Assembly (NCBI GenBank): GCA_963704705.1
Contig: OY969931.1
Coordinates: 1,260,001-1,292,000, forward strand
Direction of reading: 5' to 3'
Source: an uncultured bacterium
Lineage (GTDB): Bacteria; Patescibacteriota; Gracilibacteria; UBA1369; PNNO01
DNA: 32,000 nt
Below, in pieces: positions 23,516 through 32,000 of this stretch. A model generated the notes under the pieces. That model made no database searches. It was not told the origin of the DNA and saw only the letters and a list, made by a program, of their open reading frames with translations. Each line of letters opens with the position of its first letter. Position 1 is the first letter of the stretch. The translations under genes and the position numbers were made by a program.

Positions 23516-24682
23516 TCAATCCACGGCTTTAACAAATTTCCACCTCCGAAGCAACCATGAGAAAAGAAGAGGAACAATAAATTTAAATACAATACTTGAA
23601 GCAATTATAACTGAAAATAAATCAGAACCAATCACTTCTGCTTCATAAAGTATTTTGATTATAATAATACTTGTGCTGAATCTTACAGATAAGCCAATCC
23701 CCAGTAAAACAGATTGTTTAACTCCGAGCTCTTTTCTTCCCATTATATAACTGCCCAATAACTTTGCACTGTTAGATACAGCTACAACTAAAAGTACAAG
23801 CAGCGGAAATTGGATTAGATAATGAACATCCATTTCAAGACCTACCTGCAAAAAGAAAAGTGGTGCAAAAAACCCGTAGCACATGGTTTTTATTTCACTG
23901 TCAATTAACTTGAGCCTATCTTCCGGCACAAATGTTTTAATTGCTAACCCGGCAAGTAACGCTGCCACAGGCATTGAATGTGCAAATTCGCCAATCCCCA
24001 AAAACAAAAAGAATATAAATAAAGAAAAAAGAAATATGATATTTACAGATAGATGCATAAATTTTATCCCTCTTCTGCGTAAAAAGGTCATTCCAAAAGA
24101 TAATCCAAACAATAACGCCAAAGAACCAAGCACAGAAATAATATCAAAATTGGTTGTAGAATTTTTCATTAAAAAAACCACCATTATTAAGGTAATTAAT
24201 TCAATGATGTCATCAAGAGTGCCGATTCCAAGTATACTTTGTCCGAGTTTTGTATTTATTATTTTGAATTCATCCAGAATAGGAATTAAAATCGCCTCTC
24301 CTACTGTTGCAAAAGATAAAGATACAACAAATGAAACAAACCATTCATAACCGAATACAAAATGAATTAATAATGTCCCGACAATTCCTTCAAGAAATAT
24401 TATAAAAAATGTTGATTTAACAATAAACTTACCCGACTTTTTAAGCTTAGATAAATCCAATTCAAGCCCAATCATAAACAAAAGAAAGTACATTCCGAGT
24501 TTTGCCAGAAAATCAAAAGTCTCACTCGAAGTAATTTCAATAAAAGGGTTATAAAAAGCCAAAACAGCGCCTAAAAGCAATGCCGCGAATACCCATGGTA
24601 CCCGTACTTTTTCAATAATTCTTCCCAGGACAAATGTAAGAAGAAAAACTAAACTTAAAAATAAAAAAATATTAAACATCAC
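23516..24682 (-). CDS. cation:proton antiporter (CPA2 family), paralog B
   Basis: 388 aa, colinear with and clearly similar to 20584..21750 (for example YNPFIEITSSETFDFLAKLGMYFLLFMIGLELDL, FATVGEAILIPIL, IGIGTLDDIIELITLIMV). Confidence 0.8.
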   Translation of the reverse strand: MMFNIFLFLSLVFLLTFVLGRIIEKVRVPWVFAALLLGAVLAFYNPFIEITSSETFDFLAKLGMYFLLFMIGLELDLSKLKKSGKFIVKSTFFIIFLEGIVGTLLIHFVFGYEWFVSFVVSLSFATVGEAILIPILDEFKIINTKLGQSILGIGTLDDIIELITLIMVVFLMKNSTTNFDIISVLGSLALLFGLSFGMTFLRRRGIKFMHLSVNIIFLFSLFIFFLFLGIGEFAHSMPVAALLAGLAIKTFVPEDRLKLIDSEIKTMCYGFFAPLFFLQVGLEMDVHYLIQFPLLVLLVVAVSNSAKLLGSYIMGRKELGVKQSVLLGIGLSVRFSTSIIIIKILYEAEVIGSDLFSVIIASSIVFKFIVPLLFSWLLRRWKFVKAVD

Positions 24683-24704
24683 AAAAATTTACTTTTATTA
24701 CAGC

Positions 24705-25301
24705 TTATATTTTTATTCCAAGATGCTCAAGCAAAAAGGTATACGAAAGAATAATTATCGCAATTAATATAATAAAACAAACAATAATAATTTTATGCTT
24801 AAGCCCATGTTTTATAAATTTTTTCCTACTCTTGTTTTTAATTACATCAATCAGTTCATCTCCGAAATAAATGGATAAATAAGTACCCAATGCAGAAAGT
24901 ATTATAATCGACCAAAATGGAAACGGATTGGTAAGAATATGTTTAAATATCTTAAGCAATCCTGTTTTTTCATATATACCCTGATTAAAGAAAATAGAAT
25001 ATAAATTTATCAGTGTAGCTAGTGTCCATACAAACATTTCTGAAAAAATCATGCGCATTTTAGTGATTAGTCTGACTGGAAAATCAAGTAAAAATCCCGC
25101 ATCTGCGATTGGAGTGCAAAAAACAAAAAATGACCAAGTAAGAATGGTTGCTGAAAGACCATCTTTTAGTCCATATTTAAAAGCCAGAAATATAAAATAA
25201 GAAACCAGAACCAACAAAAGCAGAACGAACTTAATCAAGACTTTACGCTTGGTTTCATGATGAAAATAAACGTTATTTTTAATTTTTTTAAAAATAGACA
25301 C
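24705..25301 (-). CDS. hypothetical polytopic membrane protein
   Basis: 198 aa with about 5 hydrophobic segments. It lies 22 nt upstream of CPA2 paralog B on the same strand. Confidence 0.5.
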   Translation of the reverse strand: MSIFKKIKNNVYFHHETKRKVLIKFVLLLLVLVSYFIFLAFKYGLKDGLSATILTWSFFVFCTPIADAGFLLDFPVRLITKMRMIFSEMFVWTLATLINLYSIFFNQGIYEKTGLLKIFKHILTNPFPFWSIIILSALGTYLSIYFGDELIDVIKNKSRKKFIKHGLKHKIIIVCFIILIAIIILSYTFLLEHLGIKI

Positions 25302-25344
25302 GTTTTTATTATACCAAAGTTAAAAATAATTAATACTCACCTTA

Positions 25345-25372
25345 TTGACCAATATTTTATTTATGGTATAAT
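25345..25372 (+). promoter_or_regulatory. sigma-70-type promoter with extended -10
   Basis: TTGACC (25345-25350), a 16-nt spacer, then TGgTATAAT (TG 25364-25365, TATAAT 25367-25372), about 44 nt upstream of the ATG at 25416. Confidence 0.5.
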
Positions 25373-25415
25373 GTATATAAGTAAAAAACCATTTTATTAT
25401 TTAACAAAAACAAAA

Positions 25416-26378
25416 ATGGAACAAAAAGTTGTTAAGCTTGAAATCGGCAAGCTTATAGCAATCATTATCGGGGTTGCTGTAATTGCTATTCTTGCGACAA
25501 TGGTGCTTCAGGGGGGATATTTCAAGGGACAATTAATCGAAACTGACAGAGATGCTCTTAGCGTCTTCCAGTCAAACATTGAAAAGGGTATAGATGCAAA
25601 TATGGTTGTTAATGATTATCTAGCCACTACAGGCAAAACACTTAATACTGCTGATCAGGATTTACTTATTAAACGTGTTGAATCTGATATAAGCGCAAAT
25701 ATTGAGCCTTCTATGATTGCTTCAGACTTTAATTCAGATATCTATGCAATTGAAAGCGGCATAAAAGTAGCTGAAGTTAATCATGATGCTGAAATTGAAA
25801 TTGAAAACCTTCTTAAAAATTTCGATTCAGGTATGGCTAAGATTGAAACTGACCGGGAAAGCTTCCAGATTGAAACTGTTGGGAAGTCAATTCCTCAATT
25901 TAGTGATAAACTAATCGGTTTATTAAAAGGCAGTGAATTTGAAAAAAGTATTGATATCGTCAAAACAGATATAGATGCAAAATTAAAGGAATTTAATGCT
26001 GCAATTGATAAAGGAATCGAATTTGATGCTGCTTTTGATAAATATTTCGGCTCTATGACTCTTTCTGACTTTGGAATTGAAAAACCAAATGATGAGTTAC
26101 AAAAAGGATTCGATATAATTAAACGTGATTTCGGCATTGTAGTTGGAAAAGCAATTGAAAGCCGGGACTTTAGCGTTGATGTTGATAAAGTTATTATTGA
26201 ATTTGAAAAGGGTCTTGATTCTGTTATGAGTGACGCTCCATCTGTAGATACTAAAGTATTAAATGATTTTTCAGTAGGATTGGATAAACTTAAAGTAGGA
26301 CTTGATTCAGGAGTATCTATTCCTGCATATCAACGTGATGTAGATGTATTTGCAAGGGACTTTGGATTTCAATTCTAA
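25416..26378 (+). CDS. membrane-anchored acidic repeat protein, function unknown
   Basis: Track ORF trimmed to MEQKVVKLEIGKLIAIIIGVAVIAILATMVL (N-terminal TM anchor) downstream of the promoter. A short motif recurs, [IFL][ED][KS]G[ILM]: IEKGID, IESGIK, FDSGMA, IDKGIE, FEKGLD, LDSGVS. Confidence 0.55.
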   Translation: MEQKVVKLEIGKLIAIIIGVAVIAILATMVLQGGYFKGQLIETDRDALSVFQSNIEKGIDANMVVNDYLATTGKTLNTADQDLLIKRVESDISANIEPSMIASDFNSDIYAIESGIKVAEVNHDAEIEIENLLKNFDSGMAKIETDRESFQIETVGKSIPQFSDKLIGLLKGSEFEKSIDIVKTDIDAKLKEFNAAIDKGIEFDAAFDKYFGSMTLSDFGIEKPNDELQKGFDIIKRDFGIVVGKAIESRDFSVDVDKVIIEFEKGLDSVMSDAPSVDTKVLNDFSVGLDKLKVGLDSGVSIPAYQRDVDVFARDFGFQF

Positions 26379-26394
26379 TTTATAAGGTTTCATT

Positions 26395-26425
26395 AAAAGC
26401 CCTGTATTAAATTGCGGGGCTTTTT
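26395..26425. terminator. bidirectional intrinsic terminator between convergent genes
   Basis: AAAA, then GCCCTG (26399-26404), a 10-nt loop, CGGGGC (26415-26420) and TTTTT. The stem includes one U.G pair. Confidence 0.6.
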
Positions 26426-26444
26426 ATTTAAAGTAAATATTGAA

Positions 26445-28649
26445 TTAAGCTAATACATCTTCTTTGGTGGAATCCGCAACAAATAAGAAAGACTTATTTT
26501 TATTTTTTGGAAGTTCCTGAATCAGCTTAATATCATCTTTCGTTGTTGAAACAATGTGAATATCTCCTTGCGGAGCATTTTTAACTGTTGTTCCAAGTGT
26601 GTCAGTTGAAATTTTCACTTCTGTTGAAGTGGGGAATCTGGCTTCATAAACCAATTTTTGAAGGTAATAACGCGCTTTGTCAGTATTCTGTTTGCTTGTA
26701 CACATCCATAAAGTGATTTTTCCGGACCAATTTCTGTAAAGCTGATATGCAACCAGCATTGCCAGGTCGAATTTCCTGTCATCCCTGAATTCCTCTTTAA
26801 GTATCTTTGGTGAAATCCAGACATGAATATCTTTTTCTGATCCCATACCCGCTTCTTCATCTTTATCGAATAATAAAATCCCGATTTTTTGTTTAAGTGT
26901 ATTTTCAAATAATTTTTCAAGATTTGTTTCAGACATTCTGTCAGATCTAAAAGGCAAAAAAAGTATATTTGGATGGAAAACCTGGCTTCCTATAGCCTCC
27001 AGAGAAACTATAACTCCCTCTGTATAATCATCGGTTTCAATTATTGCAGATGACGTAAAAATGCCTTCATTTGAAAACTTATCCACCATTTGAGGAAGTT
27101 CTAAAAGCTCTTCTTTGATTTCTTTTGTTGTAAGATCGTCTGCATCCGGAACTTTTTTATTGTCAGTTAATTTGATTCCAAGCACTGTCATTGTTCCGGT
27201 AGGATATGCGATTGCTTTAATTAAAGGAAAGTTGCCCAGTAAAGTTCGGGTAAGCACAACAGGCACAAGAATATTCGGCTTCCATGTATGCTTTGTTGAC
27301 TCAGGCAAAGTAATAATTTTTTTAGCTGCCCATTCAGCCAAAGTCACAAAAAGGCCTGATCTTAAATCCCCTTCTTCTGCTTTTAATTTTCTTTTAACAA
27401 GCCAGAAATACAGAGCAACCAGGAATATTAAAGCTATGAATCCGGCAATCGGATTAATAACAAACATAAAAACTATGGCAGCAACAAATCCATATAAAGC
27501 AACAAATTTAGGCACTTTGATTCGTGGCCTGAAACTAACCATTCCAAGTGACTGTTCAATATATACCGACATATTTATTAATGAATATGTTATTAAAAAA
27601 AACATTGTCAAAAGCGGAGCAATCGTGTCCAGACTTCCCAATGTAAGCGCGATAAATATAACAATTGTTGAAAATAAAATTGCAAAATAAGGCTCTCCTT
27701 TTTTGCTTTCTTTGACGAATAATTCGCTAAAAGGCAAAATTTTACTTTTTGACATTGCATTCATTAAACGCGGAGCAGCAATAAATGTTGTTAAGCCGCT
27801 TGAAAATGTCGCAGCCAAAATCCCACCAAGAATAAGTGGCCCATAAAACGCCTTATCAACCATTATTAAATTATTGCTTACCAACTCATCGGCCGTAGCA
27901 ACCGTGCCTAACCAAAAAGCAACTGCAATATAAATTAAAGTTGTAAGACCGATTGCCCATAAAACACCTTTACCAATCTGTCTTTTCGGATCAGTAAGCT
28001 CACCAGAAAGGCCTATGCCAGCCTGAAGCCCTGTCATTGCAGGAAAAAATAAAGCGAAAAGCCACCAAAACGAACCCCATGCTTCAGGGTTTATGTAATT
28101 AGCAGTGCCAATATTATTCCACCATGTTCCACCCCCCATAAATAACATCACAATCGAAGCAACTATTAGTACAAACACAATCATTTGCACTCTAATAGCA
28201 AATGAAACACTGATGATATTAAGTAAAAGCAAACAAGCTAAAACTATATAAACAACAAGTAAAAACGGATGGCTCGGGAAAATAAAAGTCCATGCTTCGG
28301 CAAAACCGAAAATATAAAATACAACTGACAAAATTTGCGCTAAAACAAGCGGAATCCCCACGCTTCCACCTACCTCGAGGCCGAGTGTTTTTTTGATAAT
28401 TGAATAAGCTCCGCCTGCCTCAATTTTAAGATTTGTTGTGATCGAACTTAAAGATAAAGCAGTTGCAATAGTCACAGTCGCGGATAGCAAAATAATTAAA
28501 ATAGTTGGAATAATACCAGCTGTACCAACAACATAACCCAGCCTTAAATAAAGAATTACACCAATAATACTTAAAAATGTTGGCACAAAAACCCCATTAA
28601 ATGCATTAAATTTTTGTTTTGTTTGTGTTTGAGTTTGTTCTTTTTTCAT
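26445..28649 (-). CDS. SLC12-like cation:chloride cotransporter / APC-superfamily permease with C-terminal cytoplasmic domain
   Basis: N-terminal FNAFNGVFVPTFLSIIGVILYLRLGYVVGTAGI matches the TM1 signature of SLC12/CCC transporters. About 12 TM helices precede a ~280-aa soluble C-terminal domain. TAATG stop/start overlap with the upstream FMN reductase gene. Confidence 0.75.
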   Translation of the reverse strand: MKKEQTQTQTKQKFNAFNGVFVPTFLSIIGVILYLRLGYVVGTAGIIPTILIILLSATVTIATALSLSSITTNLKIEAGGAYSIIKKTLGLEVGGSVGIPLVLAQILSVVFYIFGFAEAWTFIFPSHPFLLVVYIVLACLLLLNIISVSFAIRVQMIVFVLIVASIVMLFMGGGTWWNNIGTANYINPEAWGSFWWLFALFFPAMTGLQAGIGLSGELTDPKRQIGKGVLWAIGLTTLIYIAVAFWLGTVATADELVSNNLIMVDKAFYGPLILGGILAATFSSGLTTFIAAPRLMNAMSKSKILPFSELFVKESKKGEPYFAILFSTIVIFIALTLGSLDTIAPLLTMFFLITYSLINMSVYIEQSLGMVSFRPRIKVPKFVALYGFVAAIVFMFVINPIAGFIALIFLVALYFWLVKRKLKAEEGDLRSGLFVTLAEWAAKKIITLPESTKHTWKPNILVPVVLTRTLLGNFPLIKAIAYPTGTMTVLGIKLTDNKKVPDADDLTTKEIKEELLELPQMVDKFSNEGIFTSSAIIETDDYTEGVIVSLEAIGSQVFHPNILFLPFRSDRMSETNLEKLFENTLKQKIGILLFDKDEEAGMGSEKDIHVWISPKILKEEFRDDRKFDLAMLVAYQLYRNWSGKITLWMCTSKQNTDKARYYLQKLVYEARFPTSTEVKISTDTLGTTVKNAPQGDIHIVSTTKDDIKLIQELPKNKNKSFLFVADSTKEDVLA

Positions 28650-29161
28650 TAAATTGATGATTTTAGTTCTTCAAAAAATTTTTGTGTTCTTTTAATATAA
28701 GCTTCATCTGTAATTTTGCCTTGTTCATTAAATAAATCTTTAACATTAGAAAAGTAAACAGCATTGTTTATTGGAAGCATATGAAATGCAATTGCTACCT
28801 GGCGAAGTTGTTCAACCACTCGCGCACCTCCTATTCCGCCTGATGAAACTCCGCAAATTCCAAGCGGTTTGCTAGAAAACTGCTTATATATCATGTCGAG
28901 CATCATTTTAAGTTCTCCTGGGTACCCATGATTATATTCCGGTGAAACAATAATAATTGCATCGGCTTTGCTTACTTTTTCTCCAAGTTTTTTTGCTTCT
29001 GGAATTTCTTCCGTGTTATTTGTAGCCTGGATTCGATAATCACGAACATCTAAAATTTCGCTTTCAAAACCAGCATTTTTAGATTGTTCTAATAAAAATT
29101 TTGCTGCTTTTTCAGATTGCCTGCCTTCTCGTGCCGTTCCTAAAATAATGGGAATATACAT
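28649..29161 (-). CDS. NAD(P)H-dependent FMN reductase (flavodoxin-like fold)
   Basis: MYIPIILGTAREGRQSEK (phosphate-binding loop-like) and IIIVSPEYNHGYPGELKMMLD are typical of the FMN_red family. Confidence 0.75.
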   Translation of the reverse strand: MYIPIILGTAREGRQSEKAAKFLLEQSKNAGFESEILDVRDYRIQATNNTEEIPEAKKLGEKVSKADAIIIVSPEYNHGYPGELKMMLDMIYKQFSSKPLGICGVSSGGIGGARVVEQLRQVAIAFHMLPINNAVYFSNVKDLFNEQGKITDEAYIKRTQKFFEELKSSI

Positions 29162-29225
29162 AATAATATAATTTATTTAATATCCATTATATTATTATAC
29201 AATAAAATAAAGAAAAATGCATTAT

Positions 29226-30650
29226 TTATCCTTCTTCAATCATTGATTCTTTAACAACTTCAGTTTCAAGTGTATCTTTTTCAATTATCTTTTTCTTCTT
29301 CCAGTCACCTTTCATATACCAAATTATTGCAAGTATTGTTGTCAGGACATTCGCGATCGGCAAAGCCAACCATATTCCCACCTCAGCCAATCCAGTGTGT
29401 TTTGATAGTATGTAAGCCAAAGGAAATTGAAATATCCAAAAGGACACAATAGAAATCATCATTGAAACCCCTGTATTGCCGGAACCTGTAAACGTTCCGT
29501 TGATTGTAAACTGCACTCCCACAAATCCAAAACTAAGCGCCATAATTTTAACAAAAAGCGAACCTGAAGCAATAACCGCAGGATCATTTGGAATAAACGC
29601 TGCTGTAATCGGTTCAGCAAAAATAAAGAAGACTATCCCGATCACAGTTAATCCCACAAATGAAATAATTGTACTTAAACGTGTGATTTTTTCAGCTCTT
29701 TCAATCTTCCCTGCTCCGATGTTTTGTCCGACAAGCGTTGAAGCTGCCATTGATACTCCAACTGCCGGAATAATTATAAAACTGAAAATTCGCGCTCCGA
29801 TACCATATGATGCAATAACCATAGTTCCAAAAGTCGCAACTAAAAATGCCATTACTGTTAATCCGAGCGCCCTTGAAGATTGTGCAATTGAAGCCGGAAA
29901 TCCAAGTAAAAACATTTTTTTAAACATTTTGAAATTAAGTTTCATGTTTTTCAATTTCAGATGGATTCCGTATTTACCGCTGAATAACAGAATTAAACCA
30001 ATTATTGCTGCAAGCCCTTGTGTTCCGACTGTTGCGATTGCAGCGCCACTAACACCGTAAGCCGGTATCGGACCATATCCCAAAATAAATAAAGGGTCCA
30101 AAACCAGATTCAAAAGAACAGTTCCAAACACTATATATAACGGAGTTTTAACATCCCCAACCCCGCGCATAAGTGACTGAAAAACAAAATATGCGAACAT
30201 GAAAGTTAAACCGATGAATGAAATCTGCAAATAAGAAACAGCATTTGGCAAAACATCAGCTGCCGCTCCCATAAGCCCCATAATTGGCGCTGAGACAAAA
30301 TATCCAGCAACAGAACCAATAATAGAAACAATAATCATCATTAATAAAGTCTGACCCGAAACATAATCAACCTGCTCCAAATCTCCTTTCCCTTTATATT
30401 GAGCAACCAAAATCGTACCAGCAATCGCGAGCCCGCCTCCAAGAGAAATAAGTAAAAATAATATCGGAAAACTCAAAGATACTGCTGCCACAGCCTCTGC
30501 GCCAAGTCTTCCAACCCAAAAAGTATCAACAAGTTGATATGCGGTTTGAAGAATATTTGCAAAAACAATCGGCAGAGCAAGACCGATTAATGATTTTAAT
30601 ATGGGACCGGATGTAAAATCGGGCAGTGTTTTTTGTTTAATAGAAGCCAT
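29226..30650 (-). CDS. MATE family efflux transporter
   Basis: N-terminal ILKSLIGLALPIVFANILQTAYQLVDTFWVGRLGAEAVAAVS matches the MATE/NorM consensus. 12 predicted TM helices, 474 aa. Confidence 0.85.
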   Translation of the reverse strand: MASIKQKTLPDFTSGPILKSLIGLALPIVFANILQTAYQLVDTFWVGRLGAEAVAAVSLSFPILFLLISLGGGLAIAGTILVAQYKGKGDLEQVDYVSGQTLLMMIIVSIIGSVAGYFVSAPIMGLMGAAADVLPNAVSYLQISFIGLTFMFAYFVFQSLMRGVGDVKTPLYIVFGTVLLNLVLDPLFILGYGPIPAYGVSGAAIATVGTQGLAAIIGLILLFSGKYGIHLKLKNMKLNFKMFKKMFLLGFPASIAQSSRALGLTVMAFLVATFGTMVIASYGIGARIFSFIIIPAVGVSMAASTLVGQNIGAGKIERAEKITRLSTIISFVGLTVIGIVFFIFAEPITAAFIPNDPAVIASGSLFVKIMALSFGFVGVQFTINGTFTGSGNTGVSMMISIVSFWIFQFPLAYILSKHTGLAEVGIWLALPIANVLTTILAIIWYMKGDWKKKKIIEKDTLETEVVKESMIEEG

Positions 30651-30670
30651 TTCGTGACATTGTTAAATAA

Positions 30671-30910
30671 TTACTGATTTTCTTTCATTATGTTTTGAAG
30701 CGATTCCAGCTTTTTCGACATCGCAGTTGTTAATTCTGCAAGTTTTGAAGGTTTTGCAAACATAATTGTTTCGTTATCCAATGAAAAAGCCAAAAGTTTT
30801 TCACCTGAATTAAGGTGCATGACTTTTCGGGCTTCAACCGGAATAACAATCTGCCCTTTTTCACCTACTGTAGCGCTGCCGTAGAACTGCATAGCACAAT
30901 GTCCTTTCAT
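30671..30910 (-). CDS. AbrB/MazE/SpoVT-type DNA-binding protein
   Basis: The GEKGQIVIPVEARKVMHLNSGEKLLAF swapped-hairpin motif is typical of SpoVT-AbrB domains. 79 aa (or 73 aa from the second Met), 20 nt upstream of the MATE gene. Confidence 0.7.
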   Translation of the reverse strand: MKGHCAMQFYGSATVGEKGQIVIPVEARKVMHLNSGEKLLAFSLDNETIMFAKPSKLAELTTAMSKKLESLQNIMKENQ

Positions 30911-30917
30911 AATAAAT

Positions 30918-30956
30918 AAGTTAAATCATATTTGTAGGAAAAGTATGATTTAACTT
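30918..30956. promoter_or_regulatory. 13-bp perfect inverted repeat immediately upstream of the AbrB-like gene (candidate operator)
   Basis: AAGTTAAATCATA (30918-30930), a 13-nt spacer, then TATGATTTAACTT (30944-30956). It begins 8 nt upstream of the AbrB-like start codon. Confidence 0.5.
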
Positions 30957-31136
30957 ACCCAAGAAGTCAAGTTCCGTCCCGGGACAATATGCTTGCAAAA
31001 CCTCGATTTACGACTTTCTTATACAAAAATTCATGCATTAAAAATACAGAACTTCAAAACGCACAATAATAATCTGTCAAATCCAGGCGATTTGGATTAC
31101 TGGTGATTATCGATTTTGAAAACAATTAAATTCTCA

Positions 31137-31925
31137 TCATCTTTGTAAACTTAAACCTGCATACTTTATTATTTCTTCAAATACTTTCTTTTCTTGCGTA
31201 TTCATTGAAGGTTTTATGTAACGTGAACCCAAATAAGTCCTGAGTTCTCGTGAAAATTCGTTAAGACATTTATTATAAGCTTCCTTAAGGTGCGTTCCTT
31301 TTGCAGTCTTGAACAACTTCAGATATTTACCCTTATTTCTGGTGTACATTATTAAAAAAGCCTCTTTAAATATTTTATTTAATGATAGAGCCTGCCCTTC
31401 CTCCGATCTCCATTCAAGTCTGAAATTAATTCTTTTAAACTCATCTCCTCCAACTTGACCCTGCATCCATTTATATAAAACTTTTTTTATTTTTTTCAAA
31501 GCATTTTTATTGGTTGGCTCACGTTCAATTTTTTTCAAATGGGCAATAAAAGGATCTTGAGTTTTAAGCTTGTTCTCAGCATTTATAATTATTTTTTTAA
31601 TTAACTCCAACTGTTTTTGAGTAATTAAACCTAATGCTCTGGCTATTTCAAATTCAGGTAACTTTTGTTTTAAAGTCTTCAGCACTTCTTGTGTAATTTC
31701 TAATTTCTTTTCGACTACATCCATCATGTATTTCATCGGATATGGATCGTCTTTATTGGCTTTTTTCAGCTTATCCAGCAAGAGTTTCACATTTTGAGTT
31801 TTTGGAGTTATATATGCAGATAATCCATTAATTATCGCCCCGTTAATATTTCTGTTAAATTCTGATTCGGATATCTTTCTTCTTCTAGCCTCTCTTACTA
31901 ATTTGTAGTTGCCAAAAGTATACAT
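31137..31925 (-). CDS. hypothetical protein (262 aa), Lys-rich helical
   Basis: Intact ORF. No motif recognised. Confidence 0.5.
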   Translation of the reverse strand: MYTFGNYKLVREARRRKISESEFNRNINGAIINGLSAYITPKTQNVKLLLDKLKKANKDDPYPMKYMMDVVEKKLEITQEVLKTLKQKLPEFEIARALGLITQKQLELIKKIIINAENKLKTQDPFIAHLKKIEREPTNKNALKKIKKVLYKWMQGQVGGDEFKRINFRLEWRSEEGQALSLNKIFKEAFLIMYTRNKGKYLKLFKTAKGTHLKEAYNKCLNEFSRELRTYLGSRYIKPSMNTQEKKVFEEIIKYAGLSLQR

Positions 31926-32000
31926 AAAAAATTTAACTTCTTTAAATAGATCATTTAATTTAGGTTGATTGTTATATCTTATTCGTAATCTTTGGAATTC

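Noticed and set aside
30975-31110. A GTCCCGGGAC palindrome and an AATCCA..TGGATT hairpin in the 30957-31136 spacer, considered as terminator or regulatory sites.
   Set aside because: The stems are short, and neither has a T-tract on the strand where a terminator is needed. Such matches are expected by chance in a 180-nt spacer.
1-32000. Recoded genetic code (UGA as sense, as in some candidate phyla), or a classical defence island (RM, CRISPR-Cas, retron/DGR, toxin-antitoxin).
   Set aside because: Long, motif-complete ORFs are obtained with the standard code, so recoding is not needed. I saw no reverse transcriptase, cas, methyltransferase-nuclease pair or toxin partner for the AbrB-like gene. 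The HNH protein stands alone.

Overview
AT-rich bacterial chromosomal segment, densely coding on both strands in the standard code. The gene content (stand-alone HNH protein, SLH-anchored exoenzymes, two small ECF-sigma cassettes, many orphan proteins) resembles a small-genome Patescibacteria/CPR-like organism; that placement is inference only. Left to right, the window holds two hypothetical genes, an HNH endonuclease, a PBP2-type transpeptidase with an SLH-anchored GH18 hydrolase, an M16 peptidase and an IS200/RAYT-like Y1 transposase with a GC-rich hairpin. Next comes ECF-sigma cassette 1, made of a sigma factor, a 1773-aa membrane-anchored alpha-2-macroglobulin-like protein and a lipoprotein. 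It is followed by a short GC-rich island with a Cys-rich 75-aa ORF, a DUF134/DUF5320-like HTH protein, and ECF-sigma cassette 2 (sigma plus polytopic membrane protein). An 18-bp tandem array follows, then secreted and SLH-CAP proteins, an ion-transport cluster (MgtE, two CPA2 paralogs, an SLC13/TrkA-C permease, an SLC12-like transporter), and an AbrB-MATE-FMN reductase string. Four items most deserve follow-up. (1) A 129-aa mini-intein/BIL-type Hint domain (Cys1, TxxH, terminal HN, but +1 Asp) sits where alpha-2-macroglobulins carry their protease bait, in a thioester-less protein coupled to an ECF sigma factor. (2) A roughly 300-bp island has foreign GC3-rich codon usage and encodes a 7-Cys small protein, with its own strong promoter, long leader, Shine-Dalgarno sequence and terminator. 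(3) Nine to ten tandem 18-bp units each contain GATC and a near-palindromic core. (4) A second 18-bp-phased palindromic triplet lies behind the other sigma operon. I found no CRISPR array, cas, reverse transcriptase, tRNA or rRNA. All functional calls rest on motifs read by eye, and no database search was possible.
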